The notes under the pieces were generated by a model. It made no database searches. It was not told where the DNA came from and worked only from the letters and a program-made list of their open reading frames with translations. A DNA stretch of 64,000 bases, taken from the sequence record MT682711.1; one strand, written 5' to 3'. Positions 26,861 through 37,144 of this stretch are shown here, in pieces (position 1 is the first letter of the stretch; the number at the start of each line of letters is the position of its first letter). The translations under genes and the position numbers were made by a program. This DNA is from Escherichia phage vB_EcoM_FB.

Positions 26861-29572
26861 TTAAAAGTCGAACATATCAAATAATGTTGCTTTTTTCTCG
26901 TAGTCGATTTTAGCAGACTCAGTAAAACCGGTCAGAGGTTTGATAAAGGTCTTTTGGAACAGTACGTTGTAGTCCATCCAACGGAGGACTTGGTCACGAA
27001 TCTGAACCGGAAGTTCAATACCTGACGGCCATGCCATACAAGCTTCACCAAACGGGTTGCCTTCTTTAAGTGGCAGTACATATACCTTTTCACCATCAAC
27101 GATACGAGGCATAGTCAAATCACCTGCAGAAGCACGCATGTAAGCTAAGCAACCTTTGATGTGGTATGGACATTTAGAACCCGGGAATCCACCTTCATTA
27201 TATTTCTCGATGTTGTTAGCACTGGATACTGCTGCAATGCTTACATAGTTGAGTTCGTTAAATTCCTTATTAAACTGTTTGAAATATTCTTGCAAAGATG
27301 CCTCGCCTTCCTGAAGCATACGACGGATACATTCCTTCAGAGCTTTCTGAACTGCTTTAGGTGTACTTGATTTCTGAGTTTCAAGGCCCATGATTTTCAA
27401 GTGCGGTTCGGCATAACGAGTACCTTCCATGTCCCAAACGTTCAGTGCATAACGTTTCTTGCCTGTCCAGAATCCACCAAGACCTTTAGAACCAAGTGGA
27501 GGACCTGCGATAGCTTCTCGGTCCATGAACATCAAGTGTTGTTTGTTGTTCATGTATTCGCACATCTCACGGAAGCCTGCATCAATAGCTGGTTCCATAC
27601 GTTCACGTGCAAATTTATCTAAGAAGTCTACCCAGTGGTTAGTATCACGGAATTTATCTTCGCCTACTTTATTGATGATTGCATCTGCCTTAACATAAAT
27701 GGAGTCAGTATCACCGTAGAGCACGAACTTCTGGTTTTCAGTCTTACACACGCTATTCAGATATTCGTTAACCTTACGTTCAATCCATTGGAGGGCCATT
27801 TGACCAAACAATGTGATTGCAGTTGCGTTCCTGAGGTCATAGTAACGGAACCATACGTTACCAAGTGCACCATAAAGGGAGTTGATAAGCAACTTACGGT
27901 TAATCTGAGCCGTGTTACCTGCAACTTCAGTGAGCTCGGCTTTCTTCAACATTTCTCTTAAAGAAGGCGCTGACAGTGCTTTAATCTGGGCTTTGATTTC
28001 GTCAGAGAAGTCAAAACGATAATCGATATCCAGTGGACTATCAACCGAGAGATTAGGATTTTCCAATGCTTCTTTAATTAACTCACCATTACGCTGAGCT
28101 GCAAGCATGTAACCTTTATGTTCTTTACGCTGCAAGAATACCTTGGTGATTTCTGTCGGAATCACACCTTCACGGTCTTTATAATACATCATGCCGTTAG
28201 GAGAGCAACTGTAGGTGTCGCTAGGACGCGGAGCTGTTCCGGCAATATATTCATGTATCGGTGCGTTAGCGAATGTCCCTGCGATGGTCTCTGGGCTTAT
28301 ATTCACTTGTCGAATGATACTCGGGTACAGAGATGTAAGGTCGAAACTCATTACATATTTGTAAGCGTTAGGAATCGGTTCCTTAACGAAAGCACCAGGA
28401 TAAGGTTGGACCACGTGCGAACGAGCTTGTGGAATTACCTTGCCTTGTTCTTTAAGGCTATTAAAGATAATAGCGTCCCAAGTCTTAATTGGACTAAACA
28501 CCGACTGAATCTGCATCTTGGCATAATAACCCATGTCCAAACTCAGAAGAATGAACTGACGCTTCATATCAATCTGCACTACACGATATACGTCGATAAT
28601 GTTATAGGAAATATATCGTTGGTGGTTCGTCTCACGTAACTTGGAGATTGGGCCATCATATTTCAACTTACCTACTTTCAATTCATATTCAGAAACATAA
28701 TCCAGAGAATAAGAAGGCTGGTTGGTAAAGCTGAATTTTTTATACAGGTCGATATAATCCAGAACAGAGATACCGAACAATGTAATGATTTCACGAGCAC
28801 CGTACATGTTCTCGATAACTTTAACACGAGTTTTACGATGTGGGCTTAATCGCTTAGCAGTGTTCTCACCGAACAGATTTTTCAGACGGTTATAAACGTA
28901 TGGTACGTCAAACGACTCAACGTTCCATCCAGTCAAAATCACAGGAGTTTTCTGTTGCCAGAAATTCAAGTACTCAAGCATCATTTCTTCTTCAGAATTA
29001 AACGGAAGATAAACGATTTTGTCAATGATTTCTTGTGGAACTTCGTCACCGCCTTCGTCTTGGAGTTTCTCAGCGATTTTAATCGACCACTCTTCGACAG
29101 TACCATAAGGCGAAACTAAAAGGTCGAATACATAGAATTTATCGTCAATCGAGTCGTAGTGGGTAATGGCATCGATAGGATGTTTAGCCTGAGCTGGTTC
29201 AGGGAATCCATCAGGAGATGTTACCTCGATGTCGAAGTTAGCAATACGAATCTTAGAAGAATCATATTTGATTTCTTTACGATAGGTATCAGACAAATAG
29301 GCTAATTTATAGTCGTCCATACCCAGGGCTTCGAGACCCATATCATCCATACGTTTCATCCATTGGGATGCATCACGCATAGAATCGAATTCTTTCTTAA
29401 CACAACCCTTACCATAGATATCAATGTATTTTACGGCTTGCTCTGGATTAGCATGCATAAACATTGTAGGCTTGTATGGAACTTCACGACTACGTTCGTT
29501 ACCATTTTTATCGATGTAACGTTCGAGAATATTATCACCGATTTGTTCGACTGTCAAATAGAATTCTTGCAT
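26861..29572 (-). CDS. 43: DNA polymerase (family B)
   Basis: N-terminus MQEFYLTVEQIGDNILERYID resembles T4 gp43 as recalled; exo motifs FDIEV and YNIIDV; YGDTDS polymerase motif; start trimmed from the TTG-extended track ORF. Confidence 0.9.
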   Translation of the reverse strand: MQEFYLTVEQIGDNILERYIDKNGNERSREVPYKPTMFMHANPEQAVKYIDIYGKGCVKKEFDSMRDASQWMKRMDDMGLEALGMDDYKLAYLSDTYRKEIKYDSSKIRIANFDIEVTSPDGFPEPAQAKHPIDAITHYDSIDDKFYVFDLLVSPYGTVEEWSIKIAEKLQDEGGDEVPQEIIDKIVYLPFNSEEEMMLEYLNFWQQKTPVILTGWNVESFDVPYVYNRLKNLFGENTAKRLSPHRKTRVKVIENMYGAREIITLFGISVLDYIDLYKKFSFTNQPSYSLDYVSEYELKVGKLKYDGPISKLRETNHQRYISYNIIDVYRVVQIDMKRQFILLSLDMGYYAKMQIQSVFSPIKTWDAIIFNSLKEQGKVIPQARSHVVQPYPGAFVKEPIPNAYKYVMSFDLTSLYPSIIRQVNISPETIAGTFANAPIHEYIAGTAPRPSDTYSCSPNGMMYYKDREGVIPTEITKVFLQRKEHKGYMLAAQRNGELIKEALENPNLSVDSPLDIDYRFDFSDEIKAQIKALSAPSLREMLKKAELTEVAGNTAQINRKLLINSLYGALGNVWFRYYDLRNATAITLFGQMALQWIERKVNEYLNSVCKTENQKFVLYGDTDSIYVKADAIINKVGEDKFRDTNHWVDFLDKFARERMEPAIDAGFREMCEYMNNKQHLMFMDREAIAGPPLGSKGLGGFWTGKKRYALNVWDMEGTRYAEPHLKIMGLETQKSSTPKAVQKALKECIRRMLQEGEASLQEYFKQFNKEFNELNYVSIAAVSSANNIEKYNEGGFPGSKCPYHIKGCLAYMRASAGDLTMPRIVDGEKVYVLPLKEGNPFGEACMAWPSGIELPVQIRDQVLRWMDYNVLFQKTFIKPLTGFTESAKIDYEKKATLFDMFDF

Positions 29573-29628
29573 TTCATTTCCTTTATAGACGAGTGATTGT
29601 CTTTTGTTTGTTGATGAATCATTATACT

Positions 29629-29650
29629 CCAAAAGGGACCGAAGTCCCTT
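29629..29650 (-). terminator. intrinsic terminator (UUCG hairpin) upstream of gene 43 leader
   Basis: aagggac-cgaa-gtccctt at 29633-29650 with A-rich plus flank. Confidence 0.55.
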
Positions 29651-29653
29651 TGC

Positions 29654-29869
29654 TTAAATTTCTATTGTAAAACGTTTAATGGATGGATTGCCATATTCGT
29701 CTTTAGTTCTAATCATAGCCTGGAAGACTTGCTGTCCGGGATGTAATAACTTATGGAGGTCCTTTTGAAATTCTATTTGGAGCTCTTCGGAAAGGTCAAA
29801 AACAGTTTGAGTTGGAGAAAGTCCGTATACCTCTTTAAGACGTTCACACGTTTCAATTTCAAGAATCAT
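29654..29869 (-). CDS. hypothetical protein
   Basis: Track ORF trimmed to ATG at 29869 directly after regA stop (TAATATG). Confidence 0.4.
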   Translation of the reverse strand: MILEIETCERLKEVYGLSPTQTVFDLSEELQIEFQKDLHKLLHPGQQVFQAMIRTKDEYGNPSIKRFTIEI

Positions 29870-29870
29870 A

Positions 29871-30233
29871 TTAATTACCAATGGTGTACTTAGACAGTAG
29901 TTCCCAGTCATTTTTCTGCTTAAAGGAAATGACACGGAAGTTATTGGTGATTTCGAACAGTTCAGAGTCGTCTACGATATCAATCAGTCCCCACTCCTTA
30001 AGAAGCTGGGCAATTGAATCACGACGTTGGTAGTCTTCACCATCGATATCAACTTGGCGGCCATCCATACGCAACATCTCTTTAAAGTGGACGATATAGT
30101 ATAGCCCTTGCTTTTGCAGAATGTGGCAGGATTGATATAGTTTCTTTTCTTTATTATTAGCGATACCCATACGAGTTAGGGTCTCTTTCACTTTCAAGAA
30201 GTCTTCAGGTTGTTTCAGAGTAATTTCAATCAT
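29871..30233 (-). CDS. regA: translational repressor RegA
   Basis: 120 aa; MIEITLKQPEDF N-terminus; T4 position between 62 and 43. Confidence 0.85.
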   Translation of the reverse strand: MIEITLKQPEDFLKVKETLTRMGIANNKEKKLYQSCHILQKQGLYYIVHFKEMLRMDGRQVDIDGEDYQRRDSIAQLLKEWGLIDIVDDSELFEITNNFRVISFKQKNDWELLSKYTIGN

Positions 30234-30239
30234 TTTAAT

Positions 30240-30812
30240 TTACCATTCCAATGCTTTCTTTTTCAAGTCTTTTTGTTCTTTAACATTTTTAGTTACGGAT
30301 TTCAGGAATTCGTCCGTAACCAACCCTTTCATCTTCTTAAGCACTGCCGGAAGATGGCCTTTAATTTTATAAGTCTCGAGATAACGATAAGCGTCATCAT
30401 TATTAATTGAATGGTATTTCATCAATAAACGAGTAATAAAAACTACACTAACTTCATCATCATGGGCCTTAGCCCATTTACCAAACCTCTTACCCTTAGG
30501 AACAGCGTGTAAAAGATAGTTGAAATGACTTTGGTCATCAAGTTTCAGACAGTTAACCATTGCAGCCTGCATAATACAATCCACATGTTGGCTCAAACTA
30601 TTATCGAGCCAAAATTGATTGTAGTTTTCCGACTGAGCCAAGTTACGTTGGTTCTTACCATATGTGATATCGTTCATAATGGCAAACAATTCGTTTTCAG
30701 CCTTTTCTTTAAATGAATCGGCCAAGGCTTGAATAGCGGCATCGTTACGTTGTTTCCAAGCAACTTCATGTTCGTTCAGTTCAACGTCATCATCAAAAAG
30801 ACTTATAGCCAT
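30240..30812 (-). CDS. 62: clamp loader small subunit
   Basis: 190 aa; T4 position; overlaps gp44 stop. Confidence 0.8.
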   Translation of the reverse strand: MAISLFDDDVELNEHEVAWKQRNDAAIQALADSFKEKAENELFAIMNDITYGKNQRNLAQSENYNQFWLDNSLSQHVDCIMQAAMVNCLKLDDQSHFNYLLHAVPKGKRFGKWAKAHDDEVSVVFITRLLMKYHSINNDDAYRYLETYKIKGHLPAVLKKMKGLVTDEFLKSVTKNVKEQKDLKKKALEW

Positions 30813-31762
30813 TGGAGCTCCAGAGCAAGTTGGATGAACAGATAAGTCATGTGAATTTCTGGGTTAGCCGCAATACCGTGGTATTGGTTATTTTCACCGA
30901 CAATTTCATACATTCTAACAATGCTTGGCCCAGGCAATTTACCATAGAGTTCGTTAGCCAGCGCCATAATAAAGTTGGAATAGTCATTGACATGGCGTGG
31001 AGCTAATGCACGGAGTTCTTTAAAGTTTTTATCTTTAAGTGCAGCCACTACTTCATCAATAGGCGAATTGGTATTCATTACAATACTCAAAATGCCTGTA
31101 TCGATTTTACCACTGGATGAGTAACGGTCTAGTTGGTTAACTGTTTTACGGAAGTCAGGAAAGTTTTGTTTAACTAAGGCAGCAATAACTTTAAGGTCTT
31201 CGACTTCGATATTTTCGTTTTTACAGATTGCTACAGCACGATGAATCATTTCTTTCATCATGGATGTTTGGTCGGCCGGAGTGGCTTCACCAAATTTAAT
31301 AACACGACAACGGGATTGAAGTGGACCGATAATACCATCAATATTGTTTGCTGTAATAATTACAGAACAGTTTGAGGAATAGGCTTCTAAGAACGAACGA
31401 AGGTGACGTTGAGCTTCAGCAACACCGGCGCGGTCGAATTCGTCGATAACAATTACCTTACGCTTACCTTCGATAGATTTGGAAGATGCAAAACGAGTAA
31501 GTTCATTACGAACGAAATCAATACGGCAGTCAGAACCGTTAACAAACAACATGTCTGAATTTGTATCAGCACACAATGCTTTAGCTACGGTAGTTTTACC
31601 TGTGCCTGGTGAAGCAGAGACTAGGATAATGTTAGGGATTAGGCCCTTATTAACAATGGCTTGGAGGGTTTCTTTATCATGCGCAGGCAGAATACACTCA
31701 GATAAAGTACCTGGACGATATTTCTGTTCCCACATGAATTCATTATTGTTTACTGTAAGCAT
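30803..31762 (-). CDS. 44: clamp loader ATPase subunit (AAA+)
   Basis: 319 aa (same as T4 gp44); Walker A SPGTGKTT, Walker B VIVIDEFD. Confidence 0.9.
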   Translation of the reverse strand: MLTVNNNEFMWEQKYRPGTLSECILPAHDKETLQAIVNKGLIPNIILVSASPGTGKTTVAKALCADTNSDMLFVNGSDCRIDFVRNELTRFASSKSIEGKRKVIVIDEFDRAGVAEAQRHLRSFLEAYSSNCSVIITANNIDGIIGPLQSRCRVIKFGEATPADQTSMMKEMIHRAVAICKNENIEVEDLKVIAALVKQNFPDFRKTVNQLDRYSSSGKIDTGILSIVMNTNSPIDEVVAALKDKNFKELRALAPRHVNDYSNFIMALANELYGKLPGPSIVRMYEIVGENNQYHGIAANPEIHMTYLFIQLALELQWL

Positions 31763-31799
31763 ATTAATTCCCTCAGGTTTGTTTTACATTATACTCCAA

Positions 31800-31816
31800 G
31801 GGAGGAATTTCCTCCC
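31800..31816 (-). promoter_or_regulatory. perfect palindromic hairpin in the 45-44 intergenic region
   Basis: gggaggaatttcctccc at 31800-31816, between gp45 stop and gp44 SD; no U tract. Confidence 0.45.
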
Positions 31817-31822
31817 TATGCT

Positions 31823-32521
31823 TTAGAACGAGTGGCTTGAGCCTGCTTCCATAGCCAATACATAAGAAGCTTGTGAACCTTCAAACTTGGCTGCGAAACG
31901 AGCGTCCTGGCCTTCACCACGGGCCCATAACAATACATGGTAATCGGCAGGCATCATTTTCATATTAGTTTTGTTGATAATGAATTTGAATTCAGGGCCA
32001 TCATGGTCTGCAACCACTAAGGAATACAATGGACGGGCCAGGTCCTTATCATCAACTTGTTTGTAGCCATTGATTACAATTTTACCATTGTCTACAGTAA
32101 TAGCAAATGTATCAATACTCAGTCCAGAGGACACACGCATCAACTGCTGGTAATCTTCGGCTTTAAGGTCAAAAATAACTTCAGCCACCGGGAACGGAAT
32201 AGCTTTGCTTGGGAATGCAATTGTGCTTGGGTCGGCAATAGGCCACTTAATAGTTGAACGTTGGTCTTTAATAATTAAAGTGGTTTGGTCTTCACTTACC
32301 GAAACTTCAGCACTTTCAGATACCAATGACAGAATACTTAAGAAGCCGTTCAGGTCGTAGATTGCGGCTTCGATATCAAAGGTGTCATTTACAGTAGCTT
32401 CACCATAACTTGCACCCGTTACTGAACGAGTTAGAATAGTGTTACCAGGTTTAAGCATGATACCTGGGTTAATACCGGAGAAGTTTTTCAGAATGTTCAG
32501 AGTTTCTTTAGAGAATTTCAT
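31823..32521 (-). CDS. 45: sliding clamp
   Basis: 232 aa; clear similarity along its length to T4 gp45 as recalled (e.g. LLWA.G...AKFEG). Confidence 0.9.
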   Translation of the reverse strand: MKFSKETLNILKNFSGINPGIMLKPGNTILTRSVTGASYGEATVNDTFDIEAAIYDLNGFLSILSLVSESAEVSVSEDQTTLIIKDQRSTIKWPIADPSTIAFPSKAIPFPVAEVIFDLKAEDYQQLMRVSSGLSIDTFAITVDNGKIVINGYKQVDDKDLARPLYSLVVADHDGPEFKFIINKTNMKMMPADYHVLLWARGEGQDARFAAKFEGSQASYVLAMEAGSSHSF

Positions 32522-32549
32522 AATGTTTCCTTATCAAGTCAAAAATTAA

Positions 32550-33005
32550 TTAAGCAATAACGATCATTTGTTTACGAATGGATTCAGGCAGAGATTCAAT
32601 ATACTCTGGAATCTGGGAAGCAACAATAGCACCAGCTTCAAGCAGTTGTTCGTCAAAATCTACACAATAATCATCTTCGAGACGTTCAGAACCATCACGG
32701 TCGATAACCAGTTTAGCACCTGCGGCCAGTGAATCATTATAGTGGCGACGCATAATTTCTACCCACTTATCGGATACGTCGTTATCAATGATACCGTAGA
32801 GCATGAACTTAGTTTCTTGTGGAAGAGACTGCAGACGACGTGCAGAGTCGGTATCAATATTCAGTACCCATGATTTACGGATACGGTTTTGATTATGTGG
32901 GTTGGAATCAGTACGAATGGTTTTAACTTGGATATCTTTAACAGTAATAGCGTTAGCAAACATAATATTTTCTCTCATTTGGTTGGTAGATGTATTATAA
33001 ATCAA
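32550..33005 (-). CDS. hypothetical protein (rpbA position; true start probably an internal ATG near 32963-32978)
   Basis: Track ORF begins with TTG; internal ATGs follow. Confidence 0.5.
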   Translation of the reverse strand: MIYNTSTNQMRENIMFANAITVKDIQVKTIRTDSNPHNQNRIRKSWVLNIDTDSARRLQSLPQETKFMLYGIIDNDVSDKWVEIMRRHYNDSLAAGAKLVIDRDGSERLEDDYCVDFDEQLLEAGAIVASQIPEYIESLPESIRKQMIVIA

Positions 33006-33023
33006 TATTTTAAAGCACTTAAT

Positions 33024-33218
33024 TTAATCAAAGTATTCATAAACGAACCAGGCAGGATTCCTGTTCGACATGATTCTATCATACTCTGACTTAAAAGCAT
33101 TTCGGAGATAATCTTCAGTAACAAGATGTTCGTCTCCAGAGAAGTTATTAACTAAAACATACCGCTTTAGTTCAGGAACGGCCAACAAATGCTGGCCTGT
33201 TATAAAATTAGAAGCCAT
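33024..33218 (-). CDS. hypothetical protein
   Basis: 64 aa ORF. Confidence 0.45.
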   Translation of the reverse strand: MASNFITGQHLLAVPELKRYVLVNNFSGDEHLVTEDYLRNAFKSEYDRIMSNRNPAWFVYEYFD

Positions 33219-33225
33219 ATAAATA
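33218..33225 (+). promoter_or_regulatory. late promoter TATAAATA on plus strand
   Basis: tataaata at 33218-33225, 37 nt upstream of the HNH gene ATG. Confidence 0.55.
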
Positions 33226-33261
33226 TCTTTATCGGTCGCTGTATCAAATAAGGATTTGATA

Positions 33262-33978
33262 ATGAATTATAAATCAATATACGAAAAGCTTATTCAACGA
33301 GCAGTTAATAGAAATTTAACTACCTATAAAGAACGTCATCACATTATACCACAATGTATGGGTGGAACGGATGACGCTTTAAACTTGGTAGACTTAACAC
33401 CTGAAGAACATTACTTGGCTCATCAGTTGTTAGTTAAAATCCATCCAGATAATGTATCACTAGTCTATGCGGCAAGAATGATGACAATTAGCTCACCAAA
33501 TGCTGATAGGTCTAAAAATAAATTATTTGGATGGCTTCGTCGTAAGAATTCAGAAGTCCAAAAGGATAAAGAATTCTCGGAAGAAACCAGAAAGAAAATG
33601 TCGATTTCTGCTTTAAAAAAGCCTAGAGTTACCTGTCCACACTGTGGTAAAACCGGTTTGGTAGGCAATATGAACAGATGGCATTTTGATAATTGTCCTA
33701 AAGGCCCTAATAAAGTGGTTCATACTATACCAAAAGAACAAAAAGATAAAATATCAAACACTTTTAAGAATAAAGTATTTGAATTGGTTAATTGCCAGTT
33801 TTGTGGTATAGAAGGTAAGAAGAGCGTTATAGTAACCCATCAATATTTTTGCAAATTAAACCCTAACCGTAAAAAGAAAGAGGACCCTAAAATAAAGTGT
33901 CCTCATTGCGATAAAGTAGGAATACCTGCCAATATGAAACGTTGGCATTTTGATAATTGCAAATTAAAGCCTCAATAA
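33262..33978 (+). mobile_element. free-standing HNH homing endonuclease gene with C-terminal zinc-ribbon repeats
   Basis: ERHHIIPQCMGG...NLV.L...EHYLAH HNH motif; three repeats of CPHC.K.G...NM.RWHFDNC; only plus-strand gene in the replication cluster, inserted between 46 and the rpbA-position gene. Confidence 0.7.
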
Positions 33979-33983
33979 GAGGC

Positions 33984-35666
33984 TTATTCCAATACAGTAA
34001 ATCTACCGACCTTCTTCATTTGAAGGTGTTGTCCATACGATTGAGGGTCATGGTCCTTATGAGAAATTATAAAGATATTAGAATCTTCCAAAGAATTTAT
34101 AATATTAGATACACCTTTAATACCCTCTGCATCAAAACTTCCATCAAAAACTTCATCTAAAATTAAAGTGCTTATATGTATTCCCGAGACTCGAGAAGCA
34201 ATATCACGCCATGTAAACAATAAAGCCACATCTATTCTAGACTTTTCACCTTCACTAAATGAAGCATAACTAAAGTCTTCACGTCCACGTGATTTAATCG
34301 TCTCGTTGAATTCTTCGTCTAGGGTAAAGACGTAGTCAGCTTCCATAATCTTCAAATAAGAATTTATCTGCTTATTAAAGATAGGAATGTATTTCTTAAT
34401 AATGGAACCTTTAATACCAGTATCCTTCAACATTTCTGTCAGAATTCCACGATGATATTTTTCCATTACTAAGGACGATTTGGTAGAGACGATTTTATCA
34501 AGCTCTGCTTGAAGCGCGGCAATCTCTTCGGCATTACTTACGAACTCAGCAGCTGCTTGGTCGATTAATACTTTAACTTTTTTAGCTTTCTCTACGGCAG
34601 TAATGGCTTGTTGCTTATGAGTAGCTATCTGAGATTTAATAGCCAGCGCTTTATTACGTTGTTCGGTTACTTGGTCCTTAATGAGCTTGAGTTCTTGGTA
34701 CTGCTCATTAATCTTATCCAAAGATTTTTGAAGTTCAAAGTTCTTATCCTTAATTTTAGTAAGGATGTTTCCATGCTCTTCCAATCCTTGCATACACGTA
34801 GGGCAGTGGCCGCCTGTTTCGTATAATTTCACAACCTTAGTAAAGGTTGCCATATCATTCTTGATTGCAAATCCTTTATTGCTCAGGTCACTCATAGAGT
34901 CGCTAGGGTCATCACCAACGATGACATTGAGTAATTCATCAGTCAGGTTTTCTATATTGCCCTTCGCAGTCCTGGCTTCTTTAACTAGCTCGTCATACAT
35001 TACTTGTAGACGTGCTGCGTTCTCACCGGATAATTTACGCTGACGTTCTTCGTTGTCATTATAAATTTTAATCTGTTGGGTAATAGAATCCTGTTTAACG
35101 TCGATTACTTGGATTTGGCTATTAGTCTCACGAATCAAAGATTTGTTCAACTTATCCATATCCGCTAATACAGAAACCTCTAAGAGGTCTTCCACAAGCT
35201 TTCGGCGCGCAGGGGTCGACAAACCCATGAAAGGGGTATACCCTGCTGTACCAAGTACGACAATCTGTTTGAAACTGGTATATGACATTCCGATAAGCTG
35301 TTCAAATTCTGCTTGGAAGTCTTTACTGCTGGCAGATTCATCAAGACGTTCACCGCCACAAGAGATTTCAAAAATATTGGGTTTTTGCCCGCGCTTGATA
35401 TAGTATTCTTTGCCATCATATTCCATCCACAGTTCGACCAAAAGGTCTTTCTTATTACTTGAGTTAATCAACTGCCCTTTCTTAACATCACGAAAAGGCT
35501 TACCGAACAGAGCAAATGTAACGGCTTCAAGGAACGTAGATTTCCCAGCGCCATTTTTACCGGTGACTAAGGTCTTTTGGACCTTATCAAGTTGGATTGT
35601 AATAGATTGCTGACCTACCGACATAATATTTTTATACGTTACTTTCTTTAACTTAAACGTTTTCAT
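33984..35666 (-). CDS. 46: recombination ATPase (Rad50/SbcC-like)
   Basis: 560 aa (same as T4 gp46); Walker A GKNGAGKST; coiled-coil middle with CPTC zinc hook; C-terminal ILDEVFD. Confidence 0.9.
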   Translation of the reverse strand: MKTFKLKKVTYKNIMSVGQQSITIQLDKVQKTLVTGKNGAGKSTFLEAVTFALFGKPFRDVKKGQLINSSNKKDLLVELWMEYDGKEYYIKRGQKPNIFEISCGGERLDESASSKDFQAEFEQLIGMSYTSFKQIVVLGTAGYTPFMGLSTPARRKLVEDLLEVSVLADMDKLNKSLIRETNSQIQVIDVKQDSITQQIKIYNDNEERQRKLSGENAARLQVMYDELVKEARTAKGNIENLTDELLNVIVGDDPSDSMSDLSNKGFAIKNDMATFTKVVKLYETGGHCPTCMQGLEEHGNILTKIKDKNFELQKSLDKINEQYQELKLIKDQVTEQRNKALAIKSQIATHKQQAITAVEKAKKVKVLIDQAAAEFVSNAEEIAALQAELDKIVSTKSSLVMEKYHRGILTEMLKDTGIKGSIIKKYIPIFNKQINSYLKIMEADYVFTLDEEFNETIKSRGREDFSYASFSEGEKSRIDVALLFTWRDIASRVSGIHISTLILDEVFDGSFDAEGIKGVSNIINSLEDSNIFIISHKDHDPQSYGQHLQMKKVGRFTVLE

Positions 35667-35887
35667 GTATTGTTCTCACGAATTGTTTGTTCAGCATATT
35701 CTAGCATTTCTTCGGAAGAAGCAAACACGTCGTCAAGTTCCATGGCCCATGAAACACCTTCAGAATATTCAGAAGTGACATACATAGTTCCGGTATACCA
35801 AGAACCATCCACGTCCCATTCTACATTACCGAACCAGCCATCGCCAATATGAAAATCATGTTTATACATTTTCATCATTATAAGCAT
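35663..35887 (-). CDS. hypothetical protein
   Basis: 74 aa ORF between 47 and 46. Confidence 0.5.
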   Translation of the reverse strand: MLIMMKMYKHDFHIGDGWFGNVEWDVDGSWYTGTMYVTSEYSEGVSWAMELDDVFASSEEMLEYAEQTIRENNT

Positions 35888-36125
35888 CCTTGATGCATGA
35901 TTCAGCCATATGAATTAATGTTTCTGGAGTATCATCTACCATTACATTAAAGCTAAATTCCACAGCCCAATCAGTAGCAACATAAACTTTAATAAGCTCG
36001 TTGGTATCGCGAGTGCTCACGGCTTCAAACCAGAACTTAATGATATTCGTTTGGTTATCGTCATCAATAACGATGCAGTCGTGTTCTAGTTCAAGGCCTG
36101 ATTTTTTGAATTCATCTAAAGTCAT
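35862..36125 (-). CDS. hypothetical protein
   Basis: 87 aa ORF between 47 and 46. Confidence 0.5.
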   Translation of the reverse strand: MTLDEFKKSGLELEHDCIVIDDDNQTNIIKFWFEAVSTRDTNELIKVYVATDWAVEFSFNVMVDDTPETLIHMAESCIKDAYNDENV

Positions 36126-37144
36126 CGTGTAACCTCATTATAAAGTTGTGCGGCCATAGTCTTAAGGGCTTTAACATCGTCTTCAGTGTGGCCATCAGGA
36201 AGGGCATCGATATAATCATACATCATATCCAAGAGGGACTTAACTTCATCTTCCTCTTCAGAATCATCGATATCAACACTGTTATCTACCTTAGACACAA
36301 TACGTAAAGAGTGAACAACCTTTTCAAGTTCAGATTCGAACTTGGTAAGCCCGTCATCAATTTTATCGACTATAACACGAACCGCAATATTTGTAAAATC
36401 TTTGTAATCGATAGTCGCATTCGGATAATGAATCTTACGATGCCAACAAGTTTCATTGATGATGAAATCCATTTTATGGGTTTCTGTATCGAAAATCCAG
36501 AAGCCACGAGGGTCGTTCTCATCACCTGCAGTCAGGGTCCATGGCGTACCAATATACTTGACGTTTGCTGCATCAGAAATGGTGTGGAAGTGACCAGACC
36601 ATACTTGCTTATACTTCTTAAGGAAATCAGGTTCTAAACCATGTGATTTCATTCCTTTATAGAAATAGAAACCATTTAATTCCCAGTGGCCAATACAGAA
36701 ATCGGCAGTAGTATTTTTGATATGGTCCATGATATCGGTCGTGTTTTCTTCACACATCCATGGAATCAAATCAATTTCTGTACCATCAAAATTAACCGTA
36801 GTAGGTTTCTCAATAACCTTGATATGGTCGTATTTACCCAGAACTTCAGAAGCAGCGTTCGGAGTCAATGTGTTTTTGTAGTGCATATCATGGTTACCAA
36901 CGACCGTATACATGGTAATGCCGTTGGCTTTAAGCAAATCGGAGATTTCGCGAGCGAATTCCATACACTTATGGGTAATTGCTTTACGAACGTCAAAGAT
37001 ATCACCGTATTGAATCCATACAGTAATGCCATTTGCTTTAGAATAATTAATAGCGTCTTGGATACCTTGACGTTGGATATTTTGTACCCACACATCATCG
37101 GCCTTCACTCCAAGGTGCCAGTCACCTGTGTTTAATATTTTCAT
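36122..37144 (-). CDS. 47: recombination nuclease (Mre11/SbcD-like)
   Basis: Phosphoesterase motifs GDWHLG, GDIFD, GNHD; start set to ATG at 37144 (MKILNTGDW), giving 340 aa versus 339 in T4. Confidence 0.9.
   Translation of the reverse strand: MKILNTGDWHLGVKADDVWVQNIQRQGIQDAINYSKANGITVWIQYGDIFDVRKAITHKCMEFAREISDLLKANGITMYTVVGNHDMHYKNTLTPNAASEVLGKYDHIKVIEKPTTVNFDGTEIDLIPWMCEENTTDIMDHIKNTTADFCIGHWELNGFYFYKGMKSHGLEPDFLKKYKQVWSGHFHTISDAANVKYIGTPWTLTAGDENDPRGFWIFDTETHKMDFIINETCWHRKIHYPNATIDYKDFTNIAVRVIVDKIDDGLTKFESELEKVVHSLRIVSKVDNSVDIDDSEEEDEVKSLLDMMYDYIDALPDGHTEDDVKALKTMAAQLYNEVTR

Noticed and set aside
28118-28639. 173 aa plus-strand ORF inside the DNA polymerase gene
   Set aside because: Lies entirely antisense to the well-supported gp43 coding sequence with no start signals; an antisense shadow ORF. 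The same applies to 4346..4759 in gene 39, 22947..23381, 36686..37135 and 61097..61450.
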